DNA of 64,000 nucleotides, taken from Porphyridium purpureum (lineage: Eukaryota). This document shows, piece by piece, positions 59,701-64,000 of the stretch. The notes beneath the pieces are model-generated. The model was not told the origin of the DNA. It saw nothing but the letters and a program-made list of their open reading frames with translations, and did not search any database. Made by a program: the position numbers and the translations under genes. Numbering within the stretch: the stretch's first letter is position 1; every line of letters starts with the position of its first letter. Location: NCBI GenBank assembly GCA_008690995.1, contig VRMN01000008.1, positions 1-64,000 on the forward strand, read 5' to 3'.

Positions 59701-62052
59701 TTACATTTGCATCTCGTCCATTTTCGCGACACGCACGCCCAGTAGGATATCTCTAACAAAAAGCTTCTCGCTCAACTTTTCCATGGCCCACTTGATCATG
59801 TCAAGTGACTGGGTCTGGCCCAAATTTGTTGCCGCCACAAGCTCCCGCTTGAATGCTTCGTTCCATCTTGCGTAAAATGATTCAGTCACATTCACATCCA
59901 GTTTCGCAAGCGCCCACATGATCAACGTGACGTCTTGGAAGTTCGTGTGGTGTGCGAGCTGCTCGAAGCGGGCCATCAGCTTCTCGGTCAATGACGGAGC
60001 AACCGAAACATTCAGCCGAGCCATGGACCAAAGCGAAATGACTACCGCTTGCAGTGAGAATGAGGGAACACACAAGGACACGCGATCGCTCCATTCACGG
60101 AGCACCGCAGGCTCTGGTCGCACTTTGAGTCGCGCAAAGGCCCACATGAAGCTTGCCAGCGTTTGCGAGGACGCGGTTTCCGAACGCTCCAACCTCAAAA
60201 AAGCATGCTGGATCCGAAGTAGAGAAAGGCGCGGCAGCACGTATTGCGTCCTTGCGATCGAGGTAAGAAGACAAGTGAGCTCCTTTCCATTCATGTGAGG
60301 AATTTGACGCAGGGCAGTCGCCATCCAAAACGAGAAGACATTCTCATTCGTGCGAGATATGTTCAGTGCACTCATGCCCCATATTGATGACACCGCGGCT
60401 TGACTGTTAAACTGCTTGACCTGTCGTTTGGCTAATTCATGCCATTTCTGCACAAGCTCACGCGGCATCTGCCATTTCATCTTTCCAAACGACCACATGA
60501 TGGTGGCAAGAGCCGGTGGAGATGCGCTGAGCAAGACTTCGGTACGGGAAAGCGCAGCGAGTAATTCGTTCGCGGGGCGGCCCGTAGGCTTCCAATCCAG
60601 CCTCGCAAACGCCCAAATAGAGTTACTCAGCGACTGAAGACTCATTTCAGACGCCAGGCGTACAAACATGGCGTACCAGCAATTTTGGAAATCGTCGGTC
60701 ACGTTCAAGCGCAACCGCGCGCAGGCCCACAGGATGGTTGAGCATTCCTGGGCCTTCAGATCTACAGAAAGGCGTGGAAACTGCTCGAGGCATACACGTA
60801 CCGAGTCTTTCGTGAAAGCATCCAACTTTTGCGATGACTCCATGTACATGACTGCGAATGCCCACATGGTCATCGATAAGTGCTGAGCCTGAAGTTGATG
60901 GGCCACTTCTTGAAAGTGACAGGTCCAGGACTGGCGAAGAGTGCCTGGGAGATTCAGCTCGAGCTTTGCACATGCCCAAATAATCTGAGCTAGCTCCAAG
61001 CTATTCATGGCGGTCATGTGAGCCTCACATGCACTGCACCAATCGTCCAAAACTTCTGCCCGCGGCCGAATTCCGAATCGCGCAAAACTCCAAATGACGT
61101 TGGCGAGCCCACGCGCGTCAAATCGGCGAAAGGGCATGCAGGCAGATTGCAGGGCGTCCAAAAGCTTTGGTGGGGGAGCTACTTCCAGCTTTCCAAACGC
61201 ATTGAGCAAGGAACACAGTTGCACGGGATGCACCTGCGCGCGGGAATTGTCTAGGCAACAGAGTGCGCCCGTACTCCAATGCTCGAGGAACCCAGACTCA
61301 CGGAGTATTCTGCGCATCTCCTCGTGCTGAGATTTAGCGCGCGTGGAAGCCAACACGTGGCACACCGCGCGCAAGAGAACGATGAGCTCGCTCAGGGAGC
61401 GACCTTGCTGTTTCACTTCTGTGCCATCTCTGTCAGGATCATCTGAACCAAGCGCGAGCTCTGTCGATGACTCACGTTCGTCCATTGATCCGGATAAGAA
61501 ATGTGTTGTATCCGACTGTACGAGCTGCAGCAACGCGCAGAATCGCTGCATGCGCTGATATTTGTCCGGTGCGCTTTTCACGAACGTCTCCATTTGTCGG
61601 ACCCTTTCATGAAAAGCGCGTTTTGTCTCGGTCTTTCTGTACACCTGTCGATGACTTGTCTTCTCCTGCGTCCCTATGAGCCGAGCGTGCTTCCCCAATT
61701 CTGAAACGCACATTCGGACGCCGCGTTTCGATTGTCGCCTGTCGGACCGTCTGCACAGCGCTGCGCGCACCGCATCTGGCGCAGCATTCCTCCAGCCCGC
61801 TCGCGCAGTCGCCACCCTCGACTTGACAGCCACTTGCGCGGCACTCGGAACAACCCAAGCGCCCGCTCTTCCTCTGACCATTGCTTCTATCTCCTCATCT
61901 ACTCCATCCATGTCCACCCCCATTCCCCCTCTCCCGTCTTCTTCCCGCGGGGCGCACCAACCGAAAAAAACTCGACCCGGCGTTTCGTCAACCTCAAACT
62001 GTACACGTAACAGTACACCCGCGCTGTACACATCTCCATCCACCCGCGCCAT
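59701..62052 (-). CDS. Octotricopeptide-repeat (OPR)-like organellar RNA-binding protein
   Basis: About 12 repeats of ~38 aa, e.g. FDARGLANVIWSFARFG, MNSLELAQIIWACAKLE, MSLQSLSNSIWAFARLD, TNFQDVTLIMWALAKLD. The true start may be the ATG at 61881. Confidence 0.8.
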   Translation of the reverse strand: MARVDGDVYSAGVLLRVQFEVDETPGRVFFGWCAPREEDGRGGMGVDMDGVDEEIEAMVRGRAGAWVVPSAAQVAVKSRVATARAGWRNAAPDAVRAALCRRSDRRQSKRGVRMCVSELGKHARLIGTQEKTSHRQVYRKTETKRAFHERVRQMETFVKSAPDKYQRMQRFCALLQLVQSDTTHFLSGSMDERESSTELALGSDDPDRDGTEVKQQGRSLSELIVLLRAVCHVLASTRAKSQHEEMRRILRESGFLEHWSTGALCCLDNSRAQVHPVQLCSLLNAFGKLEVAPPPKLLDALQSACMPFRRFDARGLANVIWSFARFGIRPRAEVLDDWCSACEAHMTAMNSLELAQIIWACAKLELNLPGTLRQSWTCHFQEVAHQLQAQHLSMTMWAFAVMYMESSQKLDAFTKDSVRVCLEQFPRLSVDLKAQECSTILWACARLRLNVTDDFQNCWYAMFVRLASEMSLQSLSNSIWAFARLDWKPTGRPANELLAALSRTEVLLSASPPALATIMWSFGKMKWQMPRELVQKWHELAKRQVKQFNSQAAVSSIWGMSALNISRTNENVFSFWMATALRQIPHMNGKELTCLLTSIARTQYVLPRLSLLRIQHAFLRLERSETASSQTLASFMWAFARLKVRPEPAVLREWSDRVSLCVPSFSLQAVVISLWSMARLNVSVAPSLTEKLMARFEQLAHHTNFQDVTLIMWALAKLDVNVTESFYARWNEAFKRELVAATNLGQTQSLDMIKWAMEKLSEKLFVRDILLGVRVAKMDEMQM

Positions 62053-62489
62053 TATTTAACGCAAACTTAATTAATACGAATTCCCGGAACCGAGCCCCCC
62101 CCCTCTTCTTCAGTGGTGGATTGCGGGAAATGTACAGTGAGTGTACAGTGGGTTTTGGTTTCTGAAGCGCGTGAAGGAGTTGCGGATCAGGATCGATGGA
62201 TGGATGGATGAAGACCGGACGTTTGTATGTGGGAAGCGGTCTTTTGCTATGAACAGGCGGTGACGGGCGTAAGGTGTGTGGATGTTGGGCTGTGGGGATC
62301 GACACGGAAGAGAGAGGGACGGAGAGAGAGAGAGAGGAGGAAGGGGAAGAGCGGGGAGTGCAGGAGGAGGGAAGTGCGCTTGTGGATGGTGCTGGTGGAC
62401 GTGCCATATGGTGAGTGGGAAGCAGCGGTAGTAGGGTCGCGATCGGGGTGCGAGGTGGGAAGGGTGGGGTACGGGGGTGGGGTACGGGG

Positions 62490-64000
62490 ATGAGTGGGAA
62501 AGCTAGGATGAATGGAGGAGCCCGCGGGCACGCGACGACGACGACGACAACGACGACGACGACGACGCGACATGGCGGTGCAACAAGTAGTGTGTTGTAT
62601 GTCGCGTTGCAGTGGGTGACCGTGGTGCTGCAGGTGATGACGCAGATCATGATTCCGCTGGGCTCGGCCGTGATCGATCTGCTCAGGGTGATGGGCGTGT
62701 GGGAGGTTCTGACCGACGTCATCACAAGATATCGCGCGCCCTTTGTGGTGATCTTTGTGCTCCCGCTTTCCCTGATGTTCGACTGCGCGATGCAAATTCG
62801 GTCGTACATCATTTTCAAGCTCTACTCGGCACCAGAGCTTCACGAAGAGCGCGTTCTGGACGTCCAGCGCCAAGTGGCCTTGGCCGTTGCAAATGCAAAA
62901 GCCGGCAAGGGCCCGAAACGGCTATGCACGGCGCGACCGGGCTGGCTATCAATCAGCATGGACTACCGCACATACAAGCAGAGTTCCGCCCAAATCTCGA
63001 TCTCCATGTATGACATCCTGGGCGAGGTGCAGCCCATCACTGGCCCGGGATCGGGCAGTGGCGGACAAGAGACTGCGAGCGCAATGCGCGGCTCCATCTG
63101 GGTGGAGCCCATGGTGAGTATGGGTCAAATAAGCCATTTCCTGAACCCGCGGGGTTGGACGCTACCGATTTTGCCGGAGATGGACGACCTCACTGTCGGT
63201 GGCTTGCTTATGGGTGTTGGCATTGAAACATCATGCCACAAGTACGGCCTGTTCAGTGAAATGGTCGAGGAGTATGAGGTCGTTCTGGGCAACAGCGAGC
63301 GCATATTTGTGCGACGGGACAACGAGTATGCGGACCTTTTCCACGCTCTGCCGTGGTCGTACGGCACGCTTGGCTTCCTTGTGTCAGTCAAGCTTATTGT
63401 TGTGCCGTGCAAGCCGTGGGTCCGGCTTCGGTATCATCCAGCGCGCTCGCTCGAGAAAGGTGTGAGCAAGTTTCGTGCGCTGTGCGATGGCGCGGAGAAG
63501 CCAGACTTTGTCGAGTCGCTAGCGTTCTCCAGAGACACGATGGTTGTGATGGAGGGCGATATGGTAGACGAAGACCAAGTGGTTCCTGGCGCGCGCAACG
63601 AGATTGGACGCTTTTACATGCCGTGGTTCTACAAACACGTCGAGGAAATCCTCGAGTCCGGTGCTGATTTCGCAGAGGAGTTCGTTCCGATCCGGGACTA
63701 TTATCATCGACACACCAAGTCAATCTTTTGGGAACTTGAGCACATCATTCCCGGTGGCAACCATCCTTTCTTTCGGTATTTGTTTGGCTGGCTGGTGCCA
63801 CCCAAGGTCTCGTTTTTGAAGCTAACGCAGACGGAAGGCATGCAGTCTACTTACGAGAGTATGCACGTCGCGCAGGACTTTCTTCTTCCGCTGAAAGGGC
63901 TGCAGGCGCAGCTCGAGTTTCTCGACGACAAAATGGGCATCTATCCGATCTGGCTGTGCCCACATAAACACTACAACAGTGGTGGCACGGCCTTCTTGCG
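62490..64000 (+). CDS. DHCR24: Delta(24)-sterol reductase (DHCR24/DWF1), truncated by the window end
   Basis: Not in the ORF track. My translation gives FVVIFVLPLSLMFD, SAPELHEERV, LCTARPGW, VEPMVSMGQI, PEMDDLTVGGLLMGVGIETSCHKYGLF, LFHALPWSYGTLGFL, DYYHRHTKSIFWE. Start is ATG 62490 or 62508. Confidence 0.93.
   Translation, partial: MSGKARMNGGARGHATTTTTTTTTTTRHGGATSSVLYVALQWVTVVLQVMTQIMIPLGSAVIDLLRVMGVWEVLTDVITRYRAPFVVIFVLPLSLMFDCAMQIRSYIIFKLYSAPELHEERVLDVQRQVALAVANAKAGKGPKRLCTARPGWLSISMDYRTYKQSSAQISISMYDILGEVQPITGPGSGSGGQETASAMRGSIWVEPMVSMGQISHFLNPRGWTLPILPEMDDLTVGGLLMGVGIETSCHKYGLFSEMVEEYEVVLGNSERIFVRRDNEYADLFHALPWSYGTLGFLVSVKLIVVPCKPWVRLRYHPARSLEKGVSKFRALCDGAEKPDFVESLAFSRDTMVVMEGDMVDEDQVVPGARNEIGRFYMPWFYKHVEEILESGADFAEEFVPIRDYYHRHTKSIFWELEHIIPGGNHPFFRYLFGWLVPPKVSFLKLTQTEGMQSTYESMHVAQDFLLPLKGLQAQLEFLDDKMGIYPIWLCPHKHYNSGGTAFL
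62533..62567. repeat. (ACG)n microsatellite encoding poly-Thr
   Basis: About 11 units, directly visible. Confidence 0.8.

Noticed and set aside
1..64000. tRNA, rRNA or other ncRNA genes
   Set aside because: None recognised by eye. The TGGTATCA matches are retrotransposon PBSs.

Overview
A gene-dense, GC-rich and apparently intronless eukaryotic window. Short Phe-containing transit-peptide-like N-termini, DPE2, OPR repeats and a tandem GET3 point to a unicellular red alga (Porphyridium-like; this is inference). About 22 host genes are supportable: FKBP-TPR, hemerythrin-like, CK2alpha, a secreted Cys-rich protein, BUB1/MAD3, DPE2, coproporphyrinogen oxidase, N6AMT1, RNMT, GET3, a KA1-like protein, a UGT-like protein, TOP2, F-box-like, Tudor-SN, CtIP/COM1, NUP188-like, bL35, sulfotransferase-like, a Pro-rich plastid-type protein, OPR and DHCR24. 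The centre (30876-42327) is a nested pair of LTR retrotransposons. The inner one is a very young Ty3/Gypsy element (32432-37909) with identical 303-bp LTRs, a CCTCT target-site duplication and heat-shock elements in the LTR, inserted into the gag of the outer element. The outer element is the most notable system. Its Gag and protease are Gypsy-type and align motif-by-motif with the inner element's. Gag joins pol through a -1 frameshift site with an H-type pseudoknot. Its pol has Copia order and motifs (PR-IN-RT-RH) and carries a TRF/telobox-like Myb domain between integrase and RT. Its LTR ends are non-canonical and no TSD is visible. A recurring intergenic motif, GTGTACAGTG, is a candidate promoter element. 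All calls come from reading motifs by eye; no database searches were run.
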